From Eledone cirrhosa (Eukaryota), in the NCBI GenBank assembly GCA_964016885.1, contig OZ024744.1, forward strand, positions 79,794,001 through 79,858,000: a DNA stretch of 64,000 nucleotides. Reading direction: 5' to 3'. This document shows positions 53,299 to 64,000 of this stretch, piece by piece. The position numbers were made by a program, and so were the translations under genes. Below the pieces are notes generated by a model, which searched no databases, was not told the DNA's origin, and was given only the letters and a program-made list of their open reading frames with translations. Numbering within the stretch: position 1 is the stretch's first letter; each line of letters opens with the position of its first letter.

Positions 53299-55762
53299 CA
53301 GTGGGTCCTCGATATACGGTAGTTCTTTATCCGGTAAATTCACAGATACGGTTTTGGGTAATTACTACCACCAATTCTATTTACGGTAAAAAAAAAATTC
53401 ACAGATACGGTTTTTGGTCGTGTTTTGTTTATATTGTACCGTAGCGCCACCTGTAGTAAGCAATAAATTCCCCCTTGAATTTGTAGAAACTGACTGCTAT
53501 TCGAATTCTAGGAAAATTGTGTTACTACTGCTATCATACTAACTGACCTTACAGAGAAACTGGCCAATCACGAGCGAGTTCGGATATCGATCGATGACGT
53601 CATAACTCTTAACTGATCACTTCAGTTCGTCAAACTAGCATGTCCTCTCAGTGAGAGAATGTTTGCCGAACTGAAGTGATCAGTTAAGAGTTATTACGTC
53701 ATTCTAAGTAAGAGAAAACCCGACGACGTGTTTTTGGAGCATAATTATCACGGCATATCTTATAACCCCATATCTCATGGCTCCAAAACATCCTGCAAGA
53801 TGCAGATGGAAAGGCCAAATTCATGAGGAAGAGCCTGACTTTGGAGATAAAGCTAGACATTTTGAAAAGGAAGGAACAGGTTGAAGGTACGTCCGCCATA
53901 AGTCGTAACTTAGGCCTAGCCCACTCTACAGTCTGGACTGTTTTAAAAAAATAGTGAGGCTGTCAAAAAAGCTGAAGAGAATGCTACGAGTCTACAGAGT
54001 AAATTGTTGACCAAACATCGTGAGCCGATTATGGATAGGATGGAAAGGTTGCTCAAAATTTGGATCGACGACCAAAAATCGTCAAAATATGCCTCTGTCT
54101 TTAAATGTAATCAGTGAGAAAGCATTGTCCATTATTGACAGGCTCAAGACTGAAATGGGAGTGGAGGACTTTGTATTCAAGGCAAGCAAAGGCTAGTTTG
54201 ATAAGTTCAAATGATGTTCGAGTCTTCACAACATAAAAGTTACAGGTGAGGTTGCCAGTTTCAACAAAGAGAGTGCTGAAAAATTCAAGGCAGAGTTAGA
54301 GAAATGCATTACAGAGAAGGGGTACAGCAAAATAACAGGTTATTAATTATGATGAAACAGGACTTTAATGGAAAAAGATGACCAGTAATACTTATATTGA
54401 CAAGGAGGAGAGGAGTGTGAAGGGGTTCAAAGCCTCAAAGGACCGCGTTACTCTGTTACTTGGAGGGAATGCAGAAGGAGATTTAAAGCTAAAGCCACTC
54501 ATTATCTACCATTCTGAAACTCCAAGAGCACTTGATCAATACCTACCAGTGATATGGAAGTCTAATAAGAAGGCATGGCTGATCACTTCAATTCACCAGG
54601 ATTTTTTCACCTCATATCTGTCACCAACCCTTAAGGAATAGGCATTAGCTAACAACATTGTCAACCGTTTTCTGCTATTAGTGGACAACGCCCCCAGCCA
54701 CCCACAGGTAATGGAAGACTGGTCAGAAAATATTGAGGTTTTGTTTCTCCCCTCAAACACCACAGCTCTCATTCAGCCGATGGATCAAACAGTCATCAAA
54801 ACATTTAAGGCATACTACCAGCGGAGAACCATGCAGCAGCTGATAAAGGGCACAGATGGGCCTGACAAGCCCACGATCAGGGAATAGTGGAAATTGTACA
54901 ACATCAAGGCATCTTGGGAAGAAGTGAAGCAGTCTACCATGAACTTGGCCTGGAAGAAATTATGGCCAGCATGTGTGAATGACTTCCAAGGCTTTGCTGA
55001 GGACATTGGTGCGATAAAAAAAGATATTGTAAATCTCTGCGATAGAGCTGGCTTCGATGGTGTTAATGATGTGCAAGACCTTTTGGAAAGCCACGCTGAA
55101 CCACTCTCCAATGATGAACTCATAGAACTAGACAAGGTGATACAGGAGACAGAAAAAGAAGGAGAGGAGGAAGAAGAACCTGTGCGTAGCTTGGACATAA
55201 AAACTCTAAGAGAATGTCTCGGGAGTATCGAAACAATCTTAGAAACCCTGAAGGAGCATGACCCCAACCCTGCTAGGAGCAGCAAAGTGGCTCAAGACGT
55301 TGAGAAAAGCATCAAGATTTACCAAGAAATGTATGAAGCCAAACGAAACACCGCCAAACAGTCCTCCATCTACTCTTTCTTCAAGTCAGTCACACCTGCC
55401 AACCGTGCTACAGCTGGCCCTTCAACAACCACTGCAGTCAACGAGTTTGTTGGTTTTGAGTCTCCCACATCACCCTCATCCTCCCCTGCCAACTCAGCCC
55501 AAAATGAGTAAGGGCTGAAACCCATACTGTCCCTTAGCCTCGGGAGGGACAAATGAAGAGGCACATCATCTAATGGACTACGCGGCATGTGTAAGGTACA
55601 GTAAATAAAAAAAACATTATTTCTTTTCTGTAGGGATGACTTTTTCGATGTGCTGGAACGCATCCCTATCTATTTCATGTTATAATGGGTTCTTTATATG
55701 ATAATTCAATATACGGTAAGGGTTTTAGGAACGCATATATACCGTATATCGAGGACTCACTG
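53299..55762 (+). mobile_element. Full-length Tigger/pogo-family DNA transposon (2464 bp)
   Basis: 23-bp TIRs cagtgggtcctcgatatacggta / taccgtatatcgaggactcactg (1 mismatch) with TA on both sides. Confidence 0.95.
53777..55511 (+). pseudogene. Disrupted pogo/Tigger (TIGD1-like, CENP-B HTH + DDD) transposase
   Basis: RKSLTLEIKLDIL, NYDETGL, GFKASKDRVTLLLGGNAEGDLKLKPL, DNAPSHP and QPMDQ.VIKTFKAYY motifs, with several stops and frameshifts. Confidence 0.92.
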
Positions 55763-55799
55763 TATATAAGTCATGGGGACAAAGGAGTATATTTTCATA

Positions 55800-55892
55800 T
55801 TAAGTAGCAATAGTGGTAGTATACGTAGTTGTGGTGGTGTTGGTGGTAGTATTGGTGGTGGTGGTAGTGTGGTGTTAGTAGTAGTGGTGTTG

Positions 55893-55928
<36 letters not shown>

Positions 55929-56190
55929 TTGGTTATAGTAGTAGTGGTATTGGTTGTAGTAGTAATGGTGTTGGTTGTAGTAGTAGTGGTGTTGGTGGTA
56001 GTAGTAGTAGTGGTGGTATTGGTGGTAGTAGTAGTGGTGTTGGTGGTGGTAGTAGTAGTGGTGTTGTAATAGTAGTAGTGGTGATGGAAGTCGTAGTGGT
56101 GGTGGTAGTAGTGGTGTTGGTGCTGGTAGTAATAGTGATAGTAGTGGTGGTGGTGGTGTTGGTGGTGGTAGTAGTAGTAATGATTGTTAT
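55800..56190. repeat. Compound (GTA/GTG/GTT)n microsatellite
   Basis: Direct inspection. Confidence 0.9.
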
Positions 56191-56559
56191 TGTAGGCAAA
56201 AGGCCAGCAATTTGTGGAGAGGTAAAAGTACTTGACTGGTACTAAACAAATACATAACACCCAATCCCACCCCAAATAGATACAACATACAAAAAACAGC
56301 ACTTGTAGGCACTGTACACATATTACGAAGAGTACTCTCAACACATAAGAAATAACACCAAAATCAACACTGCACATACCCAAGGCACACAGAGCTGTGC
56401 TCACTAATGCAGTGATGATATGCACTAAAAATAAAACTAACAATAATTGTTTTGGCACAAGGTCAGCAATTATCCCAGTGCATTACTGGTACTTTATTTT
56501 ATCGACTCCGTAAGGATGAAAGGCAAAGCTAACCTCGGTGGGATTTGAACTTATTATAA

Positions 56560-56984
56560 TCTATATTATAAAAAGAGTGCTGTCTGTCTGTCCATCACGC
56601 TCACTTTATATAGAGAGGGGGAGCACCAAGCGTGAGATATGTACATAGATAGAGAGAGAAAAAGAAACGCTGTGTGTTATCATGGTGACAGAAATAGGTA
56701 GATATATTTCTTTATTAGCCACAAGGGCGCATAAGAAAAGGGGACAATACAAAGACATTGTCCCCTTTTCTTGTGTGCCCTTGTGGCTAATAAAGAAATA
56801 TATCTACCTATTTCTGTCACCATGATAACATACAGCGTTTCTTTTTCTCTCTCTATCTATGTACATAATAGGTAGATAGGCAGAAAGTTATGACGTCTAT
56901 ATAAAGAGAGAGAAAAAAAAGGAATGTCATTTGTTTAGAGAGAGTGTGAGTCACAGAAAGAGAGAGAAGACATCGCTTCTTCTA

Positions 56985-56985
<1 letters not shown>
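56560..56985 (+). mobile_element. Short non-autonomous Helitron-like element carrying a long palindrome
   Basis: Starts TC (tctatattataaaa...ctgtctgtctgtc) after an A and ends CTAG before a T, consistent with the Helitron A|T target; no clear subterminal GC hairpin. Confidence 0.6.
56638..56867. repeat. 230-bp near-perfect palindrome (about 111-bp arms, 8-nt loop)
   Basis: tatgtacatagatagag...ggggacaat / attgtcccc...ctatgtacata with 3 mismatches. Confidence 0.95.
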
Positions 56986-57016
<31 letters not shown>

Positions 57017-57017
<1 letters not shown>

Positions 57018-57560
57018 GAAGCTATGAACATGGTGTCACAAATGGGATGAGAGTGCTAGACAATGATAAGATAAAGCTCTTACAGGACTTCCCAATTCAG
57101 ACCAAGATTAAGATTGAACACAACAGATCAGATACTGTTGTAATTGAGAAGGAACTGTTGTAATTGAGAAGAAACTGTACTCTCATAGATGTAGCATGTC
57201 TTTTTTACGCCAGAATTGAAATAAAAGAGAAAGAGAAAGTAGGAGCTTATACCGACTTGAAATATAAAATCTTGAAATGCTGGAGATATGAAGTGAAGAC
57301 AGACACCATTGTCCCAGTGGTAATTGGTGTTCTTGGCATGGTGACAAAGAACCTTGAAAACTGCCTGTCAAAAATAGACTTTGTACCAGAGATTGAACTA
57401 TTCCAGAACACATGTCTATTGGGAACAGCCAGAATATTGAGAAAGGTTCTGGATTACCAGCAGTAGCAAAATCACAAGAAACTCAGAAAGTAAAGAGGCA
57501 AAAAACTGCAATGTATTTTGTCTGACTGTCTAACGATTCTATCATCTGCCATCTTGTATT
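57017..57560 (+). mobile_element. R4/Dong-clade non-LTR retrotransposon 3' fragment (restriction-like endonuclease)
   Basis: DFPIQT..KIEHNRSD.VVI...CTLIDVAC...KEKEK..Y.DLK..I...W....IVPVVIGVLG...LLGTARILRKVL; flanked on both sides by (TAA)n, the known Dong target. Confidence 0.85.
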
Positions 57561-58959
57561 AATAATAATTGTTTCTACTTTAGGCACAAGGCCAGCAATT
57601 ATCCAGTATATTACTGGTACTTTATTTTATCAACCCCGTAAGGATGAAAGGCAAAGTCAACCTCGGCGGGATTTGAACTCAGATCGTAAAGGGACGTAAC
57701 TGTGCTGGAAAGCATGGCGTCCGACCCTCCACCAATACTAATGGCTTTTAATTTAGGCACAAGGCCACCAATTTTGGGAAGAGACGAATGGAGGGTCCAA
57801 TATATTGAGCTCAGCACATGACTAGTACTTCATATTATTGATTCCAGAAGGATGGAAGGAAGTTGACTTTTATATAGTCAAGCATAAACATTTTTTATAC
57901 CACGGGTATCAAACATGCAGCCTGCAAAACTAATTATCTATGGCCTGCAGCAGAAATTTTTTATGGCTAATCAAGGAAAATTTAAAACTGAAAATAATTT
58001 GTCCCCCAACATTTTGTACTAATTCACATATCTTACAATCATTTGTGTATTTATTTTGGTGAAAAAAAAAAAGAAGAAAGCAGATAAATAGCAACTTATC
58101 AGCTGTATTGCAGATTAGCATTTTATCTGGTGGAAATCATGTTGTCCCTTCTCATCTCATCTGAGTTTTGGCTTCCTGTGCATCTCCCTCCACCCCTGGG
58201 ACATTATGGCCCTTTTGGGTGGTTGAGTCTGAAACCCTTGCTTTATACCAAATATTCCACAAATTCATTTTGACAGATACCTGCCAAGACTGCAACAAAG
58301 GTAAGGATAAATAGCCCTTAACTGTTGATGAAGTCATAGGGACGCCATTCTGATGCACAACATGTCTTAAGTATTTTAAAACCTGGTGGTTATCCCTTCC
58401 AATCTGGAAAAGAAGCCTTCTCCAGATTGGAAGGGAGAAGAAGGGGGGGGGGAGAAAGAAAGAGGGGGGAATTAACCCCAGTACTAAACAGGAACTTTAT
58501 TAAACCCCCACCCACATCCCAAAAAATCAAAAGTGAAGTTGACTTTGGTTGGATTTGAACTCAGTGAACCGGAACAGGAACAAATACTGAAGCCTTTTTA
58601 ATCTGATATTCCCTAACAACTCTGCCCACTTCACCACTTTGCCAAGGCTTTCAGAATATAAATACAGCAAGGATTATAACTGCAATAGCTTGTATGACCA
58701 GATGAGTCATAACGGGCAACTGAAATTGTTCTCTTTCTAGCAGAATTGCTTTTCCCTATCACACAGTCAAGCAAGCCTTCTTTGCTACAGTGATGACTAC
58801 ATTAAAAATAAAATATAGTAAAAATAGAAATAATGAGAATGACTAAGCAATGGTTCAGAATGGTGTTTGGTCAGTCAATATCAAATGATGGATGAGAGAA
58901 GGGCTTAGTCTGACAGAGATTAAAATTCACATTTAAGGTTGTGAATGAATCCATCATTG

Positions 58960-59148
58960 ATGCATGTAGAATAAATCCATGATAATGTATGTAGAGAATG
59001 GATCCATGGTTAATGTGTGTAGAATAAATCCATAATAATGTGTATACAGAATGGATCCATGAAAGTGTATATACAGAATAAATCCATGATATTGTATACA
59101 AAATAAATCCATAATATTCTATATATAGAAGGAATCCATGAGAGTACA
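58960..59148. repeat. About 27-bp minisatellite (tgtatacagaataaatccatgataa), about 7 copies
   Basis: Direct inspection; one more unit at about 59462. Confidence 0.8.
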
Positions 59149-59149
59149 A

Positions 59150-59241
59150 GGATCGACACGGACTATGTTGAAAAATAAACTTCATTTGGTCATTCAATGA
59201 GAGTTTCTTGGTCAGCCTATGAACTTTTCAGCCGACCCTCG
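59150..59241 (-). mobile_element. Mariner-like terminal fragment
   Basis: Minus strand TA|cgagggtcggctgaaaagttc resembles a mariner TIR; the other end was not found. Confidence 0.45.
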
Positions 59242-59834
59242 TATACACAGAAGAAATCCATGGGAGACCTCTAATAACACAAACGGGAAGTACCAGGAAA
59301 AAAAGAAAGGCCCCCAAAACGGGGAGGAATAAGGCAAAATAAGGAGATTTTACATAATAAAAGCTATATCCATTTTCACAAGAGAAGTCATCCCTCACCC
59401 ACATCAAAGTGGGTGAGGGATCTTTCCATCGGATAGGGAGAGTTGGCAGGTCTGCTATGACTAATGTATACAGAATAAATTCATGAGACTGTTTATGGAA
59501 AATGTTGTGATTTCTAGTATGAATGAAAAGATTTTAGAACATTCATTCCCCACTTGAAGTCTGCATAAAATTTTAGAATGCTTCATGTGTCTGTGACAGA
59601 CAGTCTGAACAAATTTTTTTTTTTTTTTAAATACTGTACTGTTATTATAATACAGATCGATAAAAGAGTGAATATCATACCATCACATCACACTTCTTTC
59701 ACAAATCTGAACTGCTATTACCAAATTTATTATATATAGAGTCAGTAAAGCATCTAAATGTCTCACAAGGTAATTTGTAGTAAATATTAAAATAGTCTAT
59801 ATTTTCTTTATGTGGTAGGGATGACTCTCCAGTT

Positions 59835-60455
59835 GGGTGAAGGACATGACAACCTCCCTAATGTTCGGGATCTACACAATAAACACACTCAGTATATGCT
59901 GTAAAGTGGTTGGTGATAGAAAAGGCTTCCAGTCATAGAAAGGGTTGAGAGGACCCTTCAGTTGTGTCAAAGACATGACAACCTCCCTAGTGCTGGTGAT
60001 CTACACAATAAACACACCCAGGCACAAGAGACTGAGGCAGGATTTGAACTCAAGATGTAAAATGGTTGGTGATAGGAAGGGCATCCAACTGTAGAAAGCT
60101 TGCTAAAGAAAAGGTTTGGGAGAGCCCTTCAGTTGTGTCAAGGACACAACTACCTCTATTGTTGGTGATCTACATGCTAAATATACCCAGTGCATGCTGT
60201 AAAGTGGTCAGTGATAGAAAAGGCATCCAGCCATAGAACGCTAGCCTAAAAAAAAGGTTGTGAGGAGCCTTCCATTCTGTCAAAGACATCACAACCTCTC
60301 TAGTGCTGGTGCCACAATAAAATGCACTTGATAGAGCATGGGAGTTTATGGATGAGAGAGGTAGATCCTGCTTGAGTACTGACTCGGTCTGTGAAGACCT
60401 ATTCACCCTTGCTAGCAAGGAAAATTAACATAAAATAATCATGATGATGATGATA
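59835..60455 (+). repeat. About 4 tandem 125-160-bp SINE-body units ending in an RTE-type tail
   Basis: Repeated gacatgacaacctccctagtgctggtg...aaagtggttggtgatag.aagggcatcc; related array in opposite orientation at 35090-35465. Confidence 0.7.
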
Positions 60456-62593
60456 ATGTAATATAGGGTACCTGACCTGCATGGAACTAAACACCAGCAT
60501 TAAACAGTAAAATTCATAAAATGTTCTCCCTGTAGGTGTGCCAGAGCCATGATAAAATGCTCTTTGTAGATGCTATAAAGTGGTTGGTCATAGGAGGGAC
60601 ATCCACTCTTTCTAAGGTATCCACCCAAACCAAGACCCCAAAAAACAAAAAATAAAATCCAGCATATTTGTAAGGTTTGATCACCTGACCAGCCTAGCCA
60701 CAATATGTGACAGCCTGTCTGACGCATGCAAGCATGGAAAATAAACGTTAAACTGTGATGATGGTGGTCTACTATTTAAGATACTAAAAAAAAAATTTTA
60801 ATACCCCCCCCCCCCCCCCCCCCCTGCACAACAAACACAACCTATAGTACCTATAACAGTACCAAATATTAAACAGTAATTTTATTAAATTCATCATATA
60901 ACAAATATATAGGTTTAAATAGAAATACGTACATATAATCAATTAATTATTGCTAGTAATCTTATAAATATAATACGAAAAATATATATCAAATATTACA
61001 ATGTCGGTGCCCCAGCATGGCCTCAGCCTCTCGGCTGGGACACGTAATAGAGATAATTTAACTCCAGAATGATATTAAAAAAAAAAATAAAAAAAAATTT
61101 GAACTCAAACTGTAGATGTATTGAATTATGCACTGCTTGCTACTATTTGTGTAATATGTGAGTATAACAGTTTAGATTCTGCACATAAGCAGGATTTATT
61201 TCTTCTTTTCTTTAGTGGTGGGAGTCGATTATATCGACCTCAGTATTTGACTGGTACTTTACATTATCGACTTCGGAAGTAGCAGTTTCTAAATAATAAT
61301 AAGAAGAATGGTTTCTGTTTTAGGCACAAGACCAACAAAATTTATTTGGGGTGGGTGGGGGTGGGATTCGATTAAAGCGACTCCAGTACATTACTGGTAC
61401 TTTATTTTATCCACCCCTTAAGGATGAAAGGCAAAGCTAACCACGGCGAGATTTGAACTCAGAACATTAAGGGCCATAACGAAATACTGCAATACCAATA
61501 ATAATGGTTTCTGATTTAGGCACAGGGCCAACAATTTATTTTGGCGAGGGGGAGGGGGCCGATATTTCTATTAAATCGATCACGTTCGTTACTGGCACTA
61601 GGGTCGATATAATAATAAATAAATTAATAATAACAACAATGATAAGGTCAAAGAGAGACTACTATGAACATTCACTTGTGAAGTATTCTCCCTTACATCT
61701 CCAAATTATTAACAATTACGTAATCTTAATTACTCGGGAATAATGATTTCTACTAGAGGTACAATGCCAGCAATTTTGGGGGAGGAGAAAATCGATTAAA
61801 TCGACGCCAGTGCATGACTGGTACTTTATTTTATCGACCCCGTAAGGATGAAAGGCAAAGTTAACCTCGACAGGATTTGAACTCAGAACGTCAAGAGTCG
61901 TAACGATGCCACAAAGCATGGCGTCCGAAGCGAGTTTTTATGACAACATTCTTTTTACATAAAAAGTGGCTGTCCCACTATACACATCTATTTGTTAAGA
62001 GGGGTTGGTTATTCCTCTATTTTCAGTGACCACAAATTGCGGTACCGTTGGCTAACTTATCTAAATGATTTTCATCGATATTTTTAACATGGAAACTAGA
62101 AAAGGTTGGAAAAATTTAGCTAAATAAACTAATTTGTTTTTAAAAAATGCACATAAAGTTTTACCCAGAACAGAAATGTTCTACTATGATAGGCCTATCA
62201 ATATTGCTAAAAACAAACCCTCAAAAGCTTTGTTTCATTATACATAAAACTCCACGAAAAAAGAAAAAAAAAAGTATTTTTTACCAAAACTATAAGAATA
62301 CAAGATTAAGAACATAGTGGTGTTGTAGAATGGCCACAGACCACCGACACGAAGAAGTAAATAAGTGTGTGTGTATGTATATATATATATTATTTTACTT
62401 GTTTGAGTTATTACATAGCAGCCTTACTTAGTCAACACAGCCTTCATGGGTTTCAATCGTTAATTTCAACTTATTTCAGTCGCCTGTGTATATATTTTAT
62501 CGATCTATATTACCGAATCTCTGATGATTTTAACACAAAACCAATTTTGACACCAGTAAATATAAACATAAATATACACATACGTACACTCAT

Positions 62594-62648
<55 letters not shown>

Positions 62649-62667
62649 CACATGCACACGCTTAAAT

Positions 62668-62955
62668 TAGCGTTTCTCAACTTTTTTGCCCTTGTGGAAT
62701 TCTTGAAATAGTTTTTATGTCTCAGGAGACCCCTGCATAAAAACTATTAACGGGTAACGACTTAGTTTTAAATAATATAGGAATTTGAAGCATTTATTAT
62801 AATAAATAACGATTTCCCAACAATATGCCGTTCGTGTACAGTAAAATTATGAATATAAAATTAAACAAAAATTACTCAAAAATACATTAGCTTATTTATC
62901 AGTTTCTCGCGGAACCCCCTAGCGACCTCTTGCGGGTTCCATTGAAGACACGTTG
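62668..62955. mobile_element. Possible hAT/Charlie-type MITE
   Basis: Ends tagcgtttctcaa / ttgaagacacgttg and an internal cgcggaacccct motif; TSD not evident. Confidence 0.45.
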
Positions 62956-62984
62956 TGTGTGTGTGTATGTGTGTGCGTGCGTGT

Positions 62985-63516
62985 CGGGTCATTCTTGAGT
63001 GCTATTGGTAACATGTAACCTAGTACAACCTGTCGCATGGTCGAGTCGTCGGCGACTAAACCGGCAACCCCACCAAGTTTACTTGGTGAGGAGGGTGATT
63101 TTGGACACCCTGCAGGACAAAAAACAAAACCAGACAAAGGGCGGAAGAACTCATTAAGAGTCAACAGCCATCCAAAAGTGTGTAAATATGTATATACACA
63201 TGTACCGCACGGTTAAACCACTGGGAGTGAAGGACACCCCTAACCTTTGTCAGAGCATTCTTCTAGGAGAAGGCAACTCAGGAAACTGGGATAACTCCGA
63301 TATAAAACCTGCGGCTCAGTAGTTACCGATGATGTTGATATTTTCTTCTTTTCGGGTTATAGCTACTGTTGCTCAGAGAGTGGGATTGGCTCAGTGCACA
63401 GTCTTTCCTCACTTTAAAAAATATCTTCACGCACAGTCATTGCACGATAGAATTAATAATTATTGATAATGGTATATCGAGCAATGGCCATACTCGATAA
63501 CGAGGGGGAAGCCATC

Positions 63517-63520
<4 letters not shown>
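62985..63520 (+). mobile_element. RTE 5'UTR-derived non-coding retroposon candidate
   Basis: Contains ctaggagaaggcaactc (63263-63279), which resembles the RTE 5' UTR motif from memory; GC-rich, no ORF, inserted between microsatellites. Confidence 0.5.
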
Positions 63521-63547
<27 letters not shown>

Positions 63548-63549
<2 letters not shown>

Positions 63550-64000
63550 GTGTATCCCGGCATTCGAGATCCTGGTTATTCGCGGAATTTTCCTTCGAAC
63601 CTAACTAATAATTGTTCGTAGAAGGAAACCACCACATATTCGCGGAATTGTAAATAGCTTCCGCGACTTGTTAATGGCTTTTTTCGTGGCAATATACATA
63701 TTTTCATGCTTTTTAACGCTAAATTATTAATAACTAGTAGAAAAACCACCGTTAGGGTGGTTTTCTGCTAGCATGTGTAGTGTGTATATTCATATTATAC
63801 GCAGGTAGATATGATACATCAAATAAAATCGTAATTGACAATATAAAATACATAGAAATTGAGCAAAGACTACGTTACACTGTCTTATGTAATCAGTAAC
63901 GTAATCCATGATACATTAAAAAAAGACGATATTTTATACAAACTGCATTAGGAGAAAATTAGTATGTTTATTTAAGCGATGGCCAACCGGAAGTGTTGAC
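63548..64000 (+). mobile_element. Left end of a Tigger-like DNA element running off the window
   Basis: cagtgtatccc start, repeated tattcgcggaatt subterminal motifs and an internal hairpin at 63733-63771. Confidence 0.4.

Noticed and set aside
53777-55511. Domesticated TIGD gene
   Set aside because: Retains TIRs and TSD and has multiple stops and frameshifts.
55757-56458. 233-aa Thr/His-rich mucin-like ORF
   Set aside because: Made of (GTA/GTG)n microsatellite and SINE fragments.
58277-58300. Plus-strand 24-nt microexon (gacAG|atacc...aaag|GTAAGG)
   Set aside because: Isolated, opposite to the other exons and next to repeat sequence; compatible with chance.

Overview
AT-rich, repeat-dense eukaryotic DNA with no prokaryotic gene organisation. 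The repeat spectrum (tRNA-derived SINEs with RTE-type (ATG)n tails, RTE/CR1/R4-Dong LINE relics, Tigger, maT, Helitron, piggyBac/hAT-like MITEs, abundant TA/CA/GA microsatellites) suggests a coleoid cephalopod such as Octopus; this is an inference from memory of repeat families, not a database result. Most of the window appears to be intronic space of one large minus-strand gene that I cannot name. I find a clean 96-nt phase-1/phase-1 internal exon (44747-44842) and two candidate alternative first exons (31348-31513 and 10242-10317), both ending in phase-1 GT donors. The most notable observations are: (i) this multi-promoter architecture with swappable N-termini, one hydrophobic; (ii) Penelope-type hammerhead ribozyme relics, one apparently converted into a near-perfect palindrome; (iii) many fold-back hairpins and near-identical inverted SINEs that could form dsRNA around the exons; (iv) two RTE LINE families whose 3' ends are shared with SINE bodies and tails; (v) a short array of hairpin repeats separated by variable spacers. 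Most ORFs in the supplied track are microsatellite or antisense-TE artefacts.
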